Below the pieces are notes generated by a model, which was not told the DNA's origin, did not search any database, and saw nothing but the letters and a program-made list of their open reading frames with translations. From NCBI RefSeq assembly GCF_006345805.1, contig NC_043022.1, forward strand, positions 2,914,001-2,978,000: a stretch of 64,000 nt of DNA. Reading direction: 5' to 3'. Both the position numbers and the translations under genes were made by a program. This DNA comes from Octopus sinensis. Taxonomy: Eukaryota. Shown here piece after piece: positions 11,920-25,250 of this stretch (the first letter of the stretch is position 1; each line of letters begins with the position of its first letter).

Positions 11920-12233
11920 AATATATATATATACACACACACAATCACAACTACATTTATATCATACATGCATATGTAGATAATGACGGTTGTATAATGG
12001 GTGGGGGGAGGGGGCGATCATGAGATGATAATGGTAATAATGGTCTGGGCATTATTATTTATTATTATATTCGTGTGTTATGATCTTTTATCATTCTTAA
12101 TGAACGTGTGGTGTACATCTCTGCTTTTTTATTTATCATCTTATCCCGACCCACTTTTTTCATTAACATCAATGGACGGGTCGAGAAATATTGTCCAGTC
12201 TGTCTACCATAATTCACGCTGCCACACACACAC

Positions 12234-12266
<33 letters not shown>

Positions 12267-12925
12267 TATATATATATATATATATAGTGTGCGTAGATGT
12301 CAGTGGTCTATGTACATGTTATGTTATTATATATGTATATAGTGTGCGATCAGTGTGTATATGTAATGTGTATGTATATATATATATGTATATAGTGTGC
12401 GATCAGTGTGTATATGTAATGTATGTGTATATATATATATATTTAGTGGTGCGATCAGTGTGTATATGTAATGTGTATGTGTGTATATATATATGTATAT
12501 AGTGTGCGATCAGTGTGTATATGTAATGTGTATGTATGTATATATATGTATATAGTGTGCGATCAGTGTGTATATGTAATGTGTATGTATTTATGTATAT
12601 ATGTATATAGTGTGCGATCAGTGTGTATATGTAATGTTTATGTATTTATGTATATATATGTATGTATATATATGTATATAGTGTGCGATCAGTGTGTATA
12701 TGTAATGTGTATGTATGTATATATATGTATATAGTGTGCGATCAGTGAGTATATCTAATGTGTATGTATGTATATATATGTATATAGTGTGCGATCAGTG
12801 TGTATATGTAATGTGTATGTATGTATATATATGTATATAGTGTGCGATCAGTGTGTATATGTAATGTGTATGTATGTATATATATATGTATATAGTGTGC
12901 GATCAGTGTGTATATGTAATGTGCA
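10710..12925. repeat. Compound tandem region: ~800-bp duplicated block plus ~53-bp GCGATCAGTGTG minisatellite
   Basis: Unique block at ~11140-11447 is repeated at ~11937-12235; GCGATCAGTGTGTATATGTAATG unit occurs 11 times in 12346-12925, 3 times in 11567-11690 and once at 10767. Confidence 0.9.
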
Positions 12926-12985
12926 TATATATATTTAATATGTATGTGAATGAAAGGAAAAAAATGCTGCTAGAGTCAATGAAAG

Positions 12986-13026
<41 letters not shown>

Positions 13027-13524
13027 TGTCCACATAAACATCTATGTGTATGTATATATTAATATGCATGTGAATGAAGGGGGGAAAATGGTGTAGTGAA
13101 TGAAAAGTGTATGTGTACACATACATACATATGTATATGTGTGTGTGTGTGTGTGTGTGTATGTTCAGGTTTGATAAACGCAATCAGTGACTGGTTTAAT
13201 TAGATTAAGTATGAAAAGAAAGAAGCAAAAAAAAACGTTACTTTTTTCTCCCTTCAGTAAACACGAATATATATATATATACATACATACACACAAAGTA
13301 CCCAGGCTTACAAAGCAGATCTAGTGTGTGTGTGTGCATGCATAGATCTGTTTTGTGCCTATTTTTCTATTACTGTTAATGATGTATATATATTGTAGAC
13401 TAGAGTTAGGTATTTATTCTTTGCAAATTTTCTTATATGCAACAAAAATTTAAAATTTTGCAACACTTAAGATCACACACACACACACACACGTTTATAC
13501 GTATGTAGGTGTGTATGTTTGTAA

Positions 13525-13562
<38 letters not shown>

Positions 13563-14284
13563 TAATAATTAAAATATATGCATATATACAAACATATATG
13601 TACGTACCTATATCTATATGTATATATACATGCATATATAAATATATATACGTGAGTACAGGACACCACAACTAGACATATATTTAGACATATATATATA
13701 TACACTCGCATACATGTGTGTGTAGTTTTCTTAGGTGGTGTGCACGCACCATAGACAATCTCCATTCATCCTTCTCTCTCTCTATGGCGTGACAATCCAC
13801 TCACAGACACACACTACAGCATGCTGGACATGTTACAAACATCCCAATTGCTGACGCCCATTATTTCATTCACACACACACAGAAATATTTTTTTATTCA
13901 CTGGTATTTCTACCACATTTCTTATTATTTCTCATTCTTCTTCGTTCTCATTTCAGTTTGAATTTTTTTGTTCACTCTATGTAGCCTTTTTTTCTCTTAT
14001 TTATCTCTGTGTGTGAACGGAGTGGAGCGATTTTACTTTATATCGTCGTCGTCATCTGCTACGTTCTGAGTTCGAATTACGCCGAGGTCGGTCGACTTCG
14101 CCCCTTTTCATCCTTTCGGTAGGGGTCGATAAATCAAGTACCAATGAAACGCTGGGGAGGGGTCGATATAATCGACTCCCCCGCGCCCCAAATTTCATGC
14201 CTTCGTGTCTTTCGTAGAAAAGATATTTTTATCTAGTTCAGATAACTTCTTGGCCAGTGTATATATATGAATAATAGTACCCTC

Positions 14285-14325
<41 letters not shown>

Positions 14326-14340
14326 TATACACACACACAC

Positions 14341-14373
<33 letters not shown>

Positions 14374-14629
14374 TACATATAATGAATGCTGCGGTATGTT
14401 TTGGTAGAGTGTGTGTATGCTTTTGTTTTTCGTTGTTGACACATATACACAAACACACCTACATATACGGTGTGTATAATGTATATTATATACACGGATG
14501 TGTATATAATATGTGTGCATATATATACATATGTGGCTAGAGTGTAGGTTTCTTTACATCTAACGTCCCCCTTCCCCTCTAAAATCACCCTATATGTTGC
14601 ACCAGTTGAAAGATTGTACTATTCGAGGC

Positions 14630-14935
14630 TAATATTACTCAATTTGCAAACTGCGATCCGGTTTCGATACCCTGTTACACCTTCACTTACGCCTTTTGTT
14701 TTTCTCCCCCCCCTCTCTTTGTTTTCGCCCCTGAATGGCGTTATCGATAAGCATGACACACGCATTCATTTCATTTTTATCTTATTTTTTTTCTTAATTT
14801 CAACTATAAATGTTATCGCTCATCATCATGTCTGCAATTCTCAGTTTCCGGCGAACCGGTTTCGACTCGCAGTTGCGAAATGAACACGTCATTTCCCCCC
14901 TCTTAAGGGTCACTAATGCTTTTGGAAACGTCACA
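14630..14935 (-). promoter_or_regulatory. Second CpG-enriched unique segment, possible non-coding first exon on minus strand
   Basis: CpG-rich (CCGGCGAACCGGTTTCGACTCGC); minus-strand AAAGGC|GTAAGT donor at 14691/14690; no convincing ORF. Confidence 0.35.
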
Positions 14936-15498
14936 TTATTATTATTATTATTATTATTATTGGGTTTTTTTTTTCCATACCATCTCCATAACTATCATTA
15001 GTCATAAATTTCTGGAGAAATTTCCACCGATTCTGCTAAGCCAGTAAACGGGAACCATTTCACTATAGAAATATTTCGTATCTGCATGTACGAAATTATT
15101 TCAAAATTTATCAAAAAGATCAAGATAAACCGACAGACTGGATTTACCAAACCTTGGTAGATTTCTTTTCAAAAATACCATTCGCCTCCGTTAAGATTGC
15201 TCTGTATGAAATATGAAGTCTATGAAGATCTTTTCTATTACAGACAGACACAAGACCTGAAGATTTGGGGGAAGGGGTCGAATCGATTGCATTGTTCAAC
15301 TGATACTTGTTTTATCGGCCCCCGAAAGGATGAAGGGCTAAGTCGACCTCGGGTGGTATTTGATCTTGATGATGATGATGATAATGCTGTTTTTTTTTTA
15401 ATATTTACCTGGGTGGAAAGGACGGGCATTACAAAGAGAGTGGGTGTATATATAGATCGTGGCTTTCTTTTTTTTTACACAGAAATAGGATGTAGAAG

Positions 15499-15977
15499 TA
15501 TTCTTTTATTCTTTCAGCCTGTTGACTGCGGCCACGCTGGAGCACCGACCGCATTTAGTCGAACAAATCAAAGTCCAGGAAGGACTCGTTCTTTGTAAGC
15601 TTAGTACTTATTCTATTGGGAGTCTTTTGCCGAACCGCTAAGTTACGGTGACGTAAACACACCAACATCGGTTGGGAAGCGATGGTGGTGGGGGATTGAA
15701 ACACACACACACACCAACACACCACACACACAACACCATATATATATATATATATATATATACTATACATCCATATATATATATATAATATACAACCCAC
15801 ACACACACCCATACACGACGGGATTTCAGTTTACATCTACCAAATCCATCCACAAGGCCTTCGTCGGCCCGAGGCTATAGTAGGAGACACTTGTCCAAGG
15901 TACCACGCAGTGGGACAGAACCCGGGAACCATATGGTTGGGAAGCAAGCTTCTTACCACACAGCCACTCCCGTGCCT
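15499..15977 (-). mobile_element. Family A SINE
   Basis: Tail, body, expanded microsatellite and head in the family A order. Confidence 0.85.
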
Positions 15978-16301
15978 TTTAGTAGTCGTTAATAATGGTA
16001 ATAATAAATTTTCTAGAAAGCCACAAAGAGCCTCAAGTAGGGTGAGTGAATGTTTTATAGTCGACGAGATTGACTCAGTGCATAATTGGTATTATTCATT
16101 GCATCGATTCCTAGAAGAACGGAAGGCAAAGTCGACCGCAGCACCGTTTGAACCCGGAATGTTATAGTCACACAAATAAACACTGCAAACTAGTTTTTCT
16201 CTCTCATACTCTTCATAATAATAATAATGATAACCCATCCTTATTTCCTGCATTTCTGTAATATCTTACTTATTTAAAACCCGATCGTTTTATATAAAGA
16301 C

Positions 16302-16673
16302 ACTAGCAGTATCGCCCGGCTTTGCTCGGGTTTGTTTCGCCCCTTTATAATTGGAACTTTTGCGTTATGTAGCTTGTTATTCTCTTTTAGTGAACATTTT
16401 TCTGGTTGAAAGACACTGAAAAATGGCGACACAGCAGTAAAAAAATCGTAAAAAATAGGGATTTTCATAGAAAAAAAAAGCATCTTTTTGATGTAAATAA
16501 TATTTGGTGTTAAAATGGTCCGATTTGAATTTTTTCTTCTACGGAATGAAGAGCAAGCCTTCTTCTATCATACTCTCAATTTTGGTCAACTTGCGCAGCA
16601 GGGTCTTCGAGGAGATAGTGTTAGTTGAGGGCTACCAAACCTGCCATACACAGACAACTTTATATATATAGAT
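16302..16673 (+). mobile_element. Helentron/DINE-1-like non-autonomous element (type 1)
   Basis: Begins ACTAGCAGTATCGCCCGGCTTTGCTCGGG (5' hairpin), ends CAGACAACTTTATATATATAGAT; this architecture is typical of non-autonomous Helitron/Helentron elements. Confidence 0.6.
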
Positions 16674-16911
16674 TAAGAGCAGGTTGACTATGATAATAAT
16701 AATACTAATACTACTACCACTACTAATGATTTCAAATTTGGGCACAAGGCCAGCAGTTTTGTGGGAGGGGATAAGTCGGTTACATCGACCCTAGTGTTTA
16801 GTTGGTACTTATTTTATAGACCCCCGAAAGGATGAAAGGCAAAGTTGACCTCGGCGGTATTTGAACCAGGATTGAAAAGACGGACGAAATGCCGCTAAGC
16901 ACTTAACCTAG

Positions 16912-17149
16912 CAATGCTAGGGGTACAAACACAGACACACAAACACACACATGATATATATATATATATATACATATATATATCTACGACGGGCTTCTTT
17001 CAGTTTCCGTCTACCAAATCCACTCACAAGGCTTTGGTCAGCCAAGGCTATAGTAGAAGACACTTGCCCAAGGTGCCACGCAGTGGGACTGAACCCGGAA
17101 CCATGTGGTTGGGTAACAAGCTACTTACCACACAGCCGCTCCTGCGCCT
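16912..17149 (-). mobile_element. Family A SINE, 5' half
   Basis: Head and internal microsatellite present; tail replaced by a family B remnant at ~16735-16910. Confidence 0.85.
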
Positions 17150-17561
17150 ATATATATAATAATAATAATAAGTTTCTAACTGAAACACAAAGGCAGCAAA
17201 ATTTTGCAAGAGTAATTCAGATCGCTACTTTAACTGGTATTTCGGTTTGATCCTGGGGTTGGCGGGGGTGGACGAATGGTGAAGTTGATCTCCCCTGGAT
17301 TTGTTATATAAAAAAAATGCACAGAACAGGACGTAAAGAGCTGGAACAAATGCCACAAAGTATTTTGTCCGCAGAACTAAAGGTCCTGCAGGTCAGTGGT
17401 TTGTACTGAGAAAAGGTCACTTAATTAATAGACCCCCACTTCCCGAGCTACTGTTGCCGGGATTTGAACCCGGACGTAAAGGGGCGTAACTAAACATTGT
17501 AAAGTATTTTATATGCTGGAAACAATATATATGTATTTACACAGACACACATTATATATAT

Positions 17562-17966
17562 AGGCGCAGGAGTGGCTGTGTGGTAGTAGCTTGTCTATCA
17601 ACCACATGGTTCCGGGTTCAGTCCCACTGCGTGCCACTTGGGCAAGTGTCTTCTGCTATAGCCCCGGGCCGACCAATGCCTTGTGAGTGGATTTGGTAGA
17701 CGGAAACTGAAAAGAAGCCTGTCGTATATATGTATATATATATTATATTATATATATATATGTGTGTGTGTCTGTGTTTGTCCCCCTAGCATTGCTTGAC
17801 AACCGATGCTGGTGTGTTTACGTCCCCGTCACTTAGCGGTTCGGCAAATGAGACCGATAGAATAAGTACTGGGCTTACAAAAGAATAAGTCCCGGAGTTG
17901 AGTTGTTCGATTAAAGGCGGTGCTCCAGCATGGCCGCAGTCAAATGACTGAAACAAGTAAAAGAGT
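17562..17966 (+). mobile_element. Family A SINE, full length
   Basis: AGGCGCAGGAGTGGCTGTGTGG...GGTTCAGTCCC...GAAACAAGTAAAAGAG. Confidence 0.92.
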
Positions 17967-18199
17967 ATATATTTACACACGTACACCCATAGCTTGTTAT
18001 TTTCTTTGGATTTGAAGGCAGGTGTGAATCGAGGAAGATGAAAAGCAATACGGTTTTTTAGATTTAAACTTCCAAATCTCAGCAGCAGCACGATGTAGTG
18101 TATAATAAATATACACATAGGTACAATAGTGTGTGTGTATATATATATCCTGTTGTATATTCTGGATGTAGACGTCATTAGCACTTTCATACCAACACG

Positions 18200-18645
18200 T
18201 AATAAGGATATATATATATATATCTATGATATATATATATATATGATATATATATATAATAAAATATTAGGGAATAAATCCAAACTTACAGGGAAAAATC
18301 AGATTTAGGATTAAATCCAATTTTATAGTAAAATATTATTTAAATTAGAGATAAAACCACTATTAGGCAAATAGTGGTTTTATCTCTAATTAATATAATA
18401 TATATATGTATATGATATATATATATGTATATGATTATATATATATGTATATGATATATATATATGTATATGATATATATATATGTATATGATATATATA
18501 TATATGTATATGATATATATATATGATATATATATATGTATATGATATATATATATGTATATGATATATGTATATGATATATATATATATGTATATGATA
18601 TATATATGTATATGTATGAGATATATATATATGTATATGATATAT
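18200..18645. repeat. (TA)-based minisatellite, ATATGTATATGATAT units
   Basis: Repeated GTATATGATATAT motif with variable TA number. Confidence 0.9.
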
Positions 18646-18964
18646 CTTTATTGAATGTGGATGAAGGAGCTATATATATATAAATATATATTATTTTGTT
18701 TGATAAATAAATATATTATATGGTAGTTGAGTGGAGGGAGTATTAGGACCGTCTGTCTTTCTCCACTTCCTCACACCTTCCTCACGTCTCGGGTTAGTTG
18801 TTTTTTTTGTTTTTTGTTTTTGCTCCCCCTAGTTTCAGTAATGACAGTAGTTGGCCAGTGTCCTCCTAGTGGTGTTAGTTTTCAAACACGAAGACACTCA
18901 CACACACACACAGTCATTGTTGACTGTTAGATTTAGCCATTCAATCCACCTTGCATGCTTCCTC

Positions 18965-19124
18965 TGTATGTATGTATGTATGTATGTGTGTGTGTGTGTA
19001 TGTGTGTATACGCACTCATACACATCTGTCTGTCTGTCTGTCTATCTATACGTACAATGACTTTTGTCTGTCTGTATATATGTTTCACATATATGTGTGT
19101 GTGTGTGTGTATCTATTATATATA

Positions 19125-19172
<48 letters not shown>

Positions 19173-19329
19173 TATATATATACACACATACACCCACCCA
19201 CCCATACATCTATACACATCCACCCTCTTATATTTATATACGCACCAAGCAGAGTTACATGTCTCTGCCATTCCTCCCTCCCCTCTCATACATATATGAT
19301 ATATATATATATACATATATATTGCACAT

Positions 19330-19362
<33 letters not shown>

Positions 19363-19560
19363 CACTCACACACCCTCACATATATATATATATATGTCAG
19401 TGCACACTATATATACATGCAAACATATACACACATACAGATAAACAAACATACCTGTATACACACACATTCATATATCTATACACACACTATTTGTATG
19501 GTTATATTCACACATATCTATACACACACACACACTATATATATATATATATGAATGTAT
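18965..19560. repeat. Mixed (TATG)/(TG)/(TA)/(CA) microsatellite region
   Basis: Low-complexity dinucleotide mosaics. Confidence 0.85.
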
Positions 19561-20707
19561 TTCTCTAATGCATAATGTTCCATGTACGCTCCACATTAAG
19601 ACTGTTAGCATATTTTAAATTCTTTTCTTCCTGGCCTGTCCTGATCTGTGATATGGTTGTCATTGTATAATCTTTATTTTTATTATTATTATTCTTTTTT
19701 CTTTTCTTCTCTCAGTTTTATCTCCTCTCCCTCCTACCCTTCCCCCTCTCTCTCTCCGTCCCTCCCCCCACCTCTGTTATTTCTGTAACTTTCTATTGCA
19801 ACAAACCTATTTTTATTGCCCAAGTCTGCAAGGTTTCAGAAAAACAAAACAAAAGAAAGACAAACAAACAAAAACGAACATTTTTAAACACAATAGTGGG
19901 TGGATGGGTGGGTGAGTGGGTGAGAGAGGGGGGGGGGGCGCTTCCCACCCTCCCAGCAAAATCAACAACAACAACAACAACAACAGCAACAATAAATGAG
20001 TTGTGTTAAAAATCTATAATGATCATAATGTCTAGTTGACTGGGTTTTGTTTTTAAAGTGCCCCTCCCCCCTTTCATTGCTTTCCCCTATATCCAGTGAA
20101 TCTTGAAGGCAAAACTGACACCTTTCTATATCGTCTATATATCTGTCTGTCTGTCATATATCTATCTATCTGTCTGTCTGTCTGTATATCGTCTATCTGT
20201 CTGTCTGTCTGTCTATATACCTATCTATCATCTATATATCTGTCTGTCTATATGTCTATCTATCTATATATATATATATGTTAATAAAATAGAACATATG
20301 CATATATATATAAACATATATGTACGTACCTACCTCTACATGTACATATACACGCATATATGAGTACAGGACACCAAAAAGACGTCGAACACATAGAGAG
20401 ACGAAAACATAGACACAAACCCAAGGAATTGGACATTTTTTTAAACAACAAAAAAATAGAGTACAGGACAATTAACACAAAGAAAAAACCCCTTCTTCAG
20501 TCGCTATGGTTTCATCTACTCTACGTTTCGAAGGTGAAAGCGAGACGTATCTTCGACAAGAAACTTTCCTTCCTGTGAAAAGCAAATCAATTAAAATTCT
20601 GAGATCTTTTTGCAGATATATATATATATATATATGTCTGTCTATATATCTGTCTTTCTGTCTATATATCTGTCTATATGTCTATATATATATATAACTC
20701 TCTTTTT

Positions 20708-21103
20708 ACTCTTTTACTTGTTTCAGTCATTTGACTGCGGCCATGCTGGAGCACCACCTTTAGTCGAGCAAATCGACCCCGGGACTTATTCTTTTTGTAA
20801 GCCCAGTACTTATTCTATCGGTCTCTTTTGCCGAACTGCTAAGTGATGGGGACGTAAACACACACCAGCATCGGTTGTCAAGCAATGCTAAGGGGACAAA
20901 CACACACACACACACATATATATATATACGTACATATATACGATGGGCTTCTTTCAGTTTCCATCTACCAAATCCACTCATAAGGCATTGGTCGGCCCGA
21001 GGCTATAGCAGAAGACACTTGCTCAAGGTGCCACGCAGTGGGACTGAACCCAGAACCATGTGGTTGATTAGCAAGCTACTTACCACACAGCCACTCCTGC
21101 GCC
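20708..21103 (-). mobile_element. Family A SINE, full length
   Basis: Near-consensus head, body and tail. Confidence 0.92.
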
Positions 21104-21119
21104 ATATATATATATAAAT

Positions 21120-21307
21120 ATATATGTCTGTCTATATATCTGTCTTTCTGTCTATATATCTCACTGTCTGTCTGTCTATATACCTATTTATCGTCTATAT
21201 ATCTGTGTCTGTCTGCCTGTCTATGTCTATATATCTGTCTGTCTGCATGTCTGCCTGTCTATGTCTATATATCTGTCTGTCTGTATATATATCTTTCTAT
21301 CTATCTA

Positions 21308-21372
<65 letters not shown>

Positions 21373-21570
21373 CTTTCTATGTCTGTCTGTCTGAATACCT
21401 GTCTATCTGTCTCTCTCTGCCTGCCTGTCTATGTCTCTTTCTCTCTCTATATGTGTATACGTGTGTATGTCTGTAAATGTGTGTGCATGAGTACGTGTAT
21501 GAGTGTGTACATGTGTATGTGCGTGTGTTTGTGTATATGCATCTGCATATGTGTATTTATGTGTGTGTAG
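21120..21570. repeat. (TCTG)/(TCTA)/(CT)/(TG) compound microsatellite
   Basis: Low-complexity tetranucleotide and dinucleotide runs. Confidence 0.88.
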
Positions 21571-21775
21571 TAAAAGCTCACTTGCCCTTTAAGAAACTAA
21601 CGCAAGCTTCATTCACCTCAGTCAATAAGACGGTAGAGGAGGACCGTATGGATCTTTGCCATCAACTATGACTTCATAGGTGGAAGCTGGCATTGGGATT
21701 ATCTCTTGTTAAAACAGGATTCCGATACCAAGTCATGTTTAGTAATAAGGATGCTAATACAATATATATGAAGTG

Positions 21776-22110
21776 AAGGCGCATGGCTCAGTGGTTAGAG
21801 CGTCGAGCTTACGATCGTGAAGTTGTGAGCTCGAATCCCGAATCGGGCTGCGTGTTGTGTTCTTTGAGCAAGACACTTTATTTCACGTTGCTCCAGTTCA
21901 CTCAGCTGTTGCGACGTCACAGGTGCCAAGCTGTATCGGCCCCTTTGCCTTTCCCTTGGATAACACTGGTGGCGTGGAGAGGGGAGGCTGGTATGCATTG
22001 GCGACTGCTGGTCTTCCATAAACAACCTTGCCCAGACTTGTGTCTAGGAGGGTAACTTTCTAGGTGCAATCCCATGGTCATTCATGACTGAAGGGAGTCT
22101 TTACCCTTTA
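21776..22110 (+). mobile_element. Family D tRNA-derived SINE
   Basis: GGCGCATGGCTCAGTGGTTAGAGCG (A box)...GCTCGAATCCC (B box)...TTGAGCAAGACACTTTATTTCACGTTGCTCCAG...GGTGCAATCCCATGGTCATTCATGAC; inverted copies at 23395 and 23745. Confidence 0.85.
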
Positions 22111-22247
22111 CAATATATAGCTCATAGTCATTTTAACCATCATCATCATCACCGATGTGATTATTATTAACTGTGTTATTTGTTCATGTGGTGAAATCAT
22201 TGTGTTTCATGTTTGTGCATTAAAGCATTATTATTATTGTTATTATT

Positions 22248-22609
22248 AGGGCAGCGAGCTGGCAGAATCGTTAGCGTGACGTGTGAAATGCTTAGCGGTA
22301 TTTCATCTGTCGTTACGTTGTGAGTTCAAATTCTGCCGAGGTCGACTTTGCCTTTCATCCTTTCGGGGTCGATAAATTAATGTACCAGTTACGCGCTGGG
22401 GTCGATGTAATCGACTTAATCCGTTTGTCCCCTCTATGTTTAGCCCCTTGTGAGTAATAAAGAAATAGGTATTTTGCCCGTCATTATGTTTTGAGTTCAA
22501 ATTCCACCAAGGTCGACTTTGCCTTTCATCCTTTTGGGGTCAATTAAATAAGTACCAGTTACACAGAGGTTTCGATACAATCAACTTAACCCACTTCCGC
22601 AATTTGAAA

Positions 22610-22643
<34 letters not shown>

Positions 22644-23096
22644 GGTGGCGAGCTGGCAGAAACGTTAGCATTCCTGACAAAATGCTTAGTGGTATTTCAC
22701 CTGTTGCTCTGTTCTGAGTTCAAATTCCGCTGATGTCGATTTTGCCTTTCATCCTTTCGGGGTCAATAAATTGAGTACCAGTTGTGTACTGGAATCAGTC
22801 TAATTGACTGGTCCCCTCCCCCAAAATTTCAGGCCTTATGTCTATAGTGTAAAGGGTTATTATTATTATTATTAATCAGTGAGCTGGGAAAATTGTTTGC
22901 TCATCAAATAAAATTCTTAGCAACATTTCATCCATTTTCACGTTGTGAACTGAAATTCTGCTGAGGTCAACTTTGCCTTTCATCCTTTTGGGGGTTGATA
23001 AATTAAGTACCAGTTAAACGCTGGGGTTGATGTAACTGACTGGCCCACTCCCATAGTAGAAAGGATTATTATTAAGGCAGTGAGCTGGCATAGTTG
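22248..23096 (+). mobile_element. Head-to-tail cluster of 4-5 family B SINEs/fragments separated by (ATT)n
   Basis: GTCGAC/GTCAACTTTGCCTTTCATCCTTT core at ~22350, 22510, 22735, 22965; heads follow ATT runs at 22248, 22642, 22875, 23074. Confidence 0.85.
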
Positions 23097-23100
23097 TTAA

Positions 23101-23320
23101 CCCTTTAGCATTCAGATTAATCTAACAAATGTAATGTTTATTGATTTACATTATTCTGAATTCATGATGCACTATCATATAGTTTCGAGATTTCGATGAT
23201 ATAACTGTTTGTTTTTAAAATGACATTGTAGGATAGGTGTGAGAGGCCAGATCTGACTGATTTGAAGATAAAACAAGAAGACTATTTTGGCCGGATATGG
23301 CTGGTTTGAATGCTAAAGGG
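23101..23320. mobile_element. Type A TTAA-flanked MITE, intact
   Basis: TTAA|CCCTTTAGCATTCA...TGAATGCTAAAGGG|TTAA: perfect 14-bp TIRs plus TTAA on both sides. Confidence 0.9.
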
Positions 23321-23394
23321 TTAACATGCACTCAACAATTTCCAGCCTTGTGACTATAGTTGAAAATTATTATTATTCGCACATACATAAAAGA

Positions 23395-23703
23395 CTGGTT
23401 TGGTCGTGGAGGACCATGGGATTGCACCCAGAAAGTTCCCCTCCGAGGCACAAGTCTGGGCAAGGTTGTTTATGGAAGACCAGCAGTCGCCCATGCAAAC
23501 CAGCCTCCCCTCTCCATGCCATTGGTGTTATAAGGCAAAGGGACCGATACAGCTTGGCACCAGTGATGTCACAACTCATTTCTACAGCTGAGTGAACTGA
23601 AGCAATGCGAAATAAAGTGTCTTGCTCAAGAACACAACACACACCCTGGTCTGGGAATCAAACTCACAAACTCAATGCTCTAACCACTGAGCCACGCACC
23701 TTC
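23395..23703 (-). mobile_element. Family D SINE
   Basis: Reverse complement of 21776-22110. Confidence 0.82.
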
Positions 23704-23744
23704 ATATATGCACGCGCACTACAAAGATCATATAAGGGTAAAGA

Positions 23745-24045
23745 TCCCCCTTTGGTTATGAATGACCATGGGATTGCACCTAGAAAGTTCCCCTCTGAAG
23801 CAGAGGTCCAGGCAAGGTTGTTTATGGAAGAGCAGCCGTTGCCCATACATACCAGCCTCTCCTCTCCACGCCACTGATGTTATCCAAGGGAAAGGCACCA
23901 GTGATTTTGCGACTCATTTCTACAGCTGAGTGAACTGGAGCAACATGAAATAAAATGTCTTGCTCAAGGACACAATACACAGCCTGGTCAGGGAATCGAA
24001 CTCACTGTTTTATGTTTATGAACCCAACTTTCTGACCACTGAGTT
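23745..24045 (-). mobile_element. Family D SINE, diverged
   Basis: Reverse complement of 21776-22110 with more substitutions. Confidence 0.78.
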
Positions 24046-24277
24046 ACTTAGCTGCTGTACACACTGGTGATGTACTCCATTTAATGTACACGTATATTGT
24101 CCAGCCCATGCCAGCATGGAGGACAACATGAAATTAGTGATGACCTGATAACCTATTTTAACAAATTTTTTAGTAGGAAATATTTGGAAAACAGATTAAA
24201 GGAAATTTGTAAAATGACATTTCGTGAACATTATCCCCTTCACGTACACACATGCGTATATATATATATATATATAT

Positions 24278-24698
24278 ACTCTTTTACTCTTTTACTTGTT
24301 TCAGTCATTTGACTGCGGCCATGCTGGAGCACCGCCTTTAGTCGAGCAAATCGAACCCGCGACCTATTCTTTGTAAGCCCAGTACTTATTCTATCGGTCT
24401 CTTTTGCCGAACCGCTAAGTGATGGGGACGTAAACACACCAGCATCGGTTGTCAAGCAATGCTATGGGAACAAACACAGACACACAAACACACACACACA
24501 CACACGCATACATATATATACATATACATATATACGACAGGCTTCTTTCAGTTTCTGTCTACCAAATCCACTCACAAGGCATTGGTTGGCCCGGGGCTAT
24601 AGCAGAAGACACTTGCCCAAGGTGCCACGCAGTGGGACTGAACCCGGAACCATGTGGTTGGTTAGCAAGCTACTTACCACACAGCCACTCCTTCGCCT
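24278..24698 (-). mobile_element. Family A SINE, full length
   Basis: Near-consensus copy. Confidence 0.92.
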
Positions 24699-25223
24699 AT
24701 ATATATATATATACACGCACGCACATATCTAAACACATACATGCATATATATATATATATATATACACATGCACATATGTACATGCATACACACGCACAC
24801 ACACTCACATGTATGTATACTGGCATATGCGTAGACACACACTCATTTGTATACTCTTGATACATGCACACACACTCTCTCCCTCCGTCCTTCCATACTC
24901 ATGCACACACACACACACACATAGCTTTGATATGCACACATACACACGCACATACCTGTGCACATAGTCTGTCACGTACACTCTTGACAACACACACACA
25001 CACAACACACACCAATACTATAATATGATTTCACAGGATGTGTTAGATTATTTATAAAATGTCTTCGTAGGGGGGGGGGGATATTTCTTGTTTATTGTCC
25101 ATTGTAACTTAAATCTTTTTAAGTGATACGCCATGGATATAATTACTACTTTTACTAAAACTCTCACAGGTGTGGGTTTTCCCGCATGACCATTTTTCAA
25201 ACGAGGTCATGTGACCTGCTCAC

Positions 25224-25250
25224 CTGTTTTTGCATTTCTTTAGATGTGCT
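25224..25250 (-). CDS. Candidate 27-nt exon (STSKEMQKQ in phase 0)
   Basis: ctaattacactgacccccaatag|AGCACATCTAAAGAAATGCAAAAACAG|gtgagc; good acceptor and donor; no homology recognised. Confidence 0.35.

Noticed and set aside
12346-12925. CRISPR-like pattern (constant core with variable spacers)
   Set aside because: Spacers are slipped TA/TG microsatellite rather than unique sequence; eukaryotic context and no cas genes
21776-21850. tRNA gene (also the heads of families A, B and E)
   Set aside because: A/B boxes are present but there is no complete cloverleaf, and the sequence continues into a SINE body found in multiple copies
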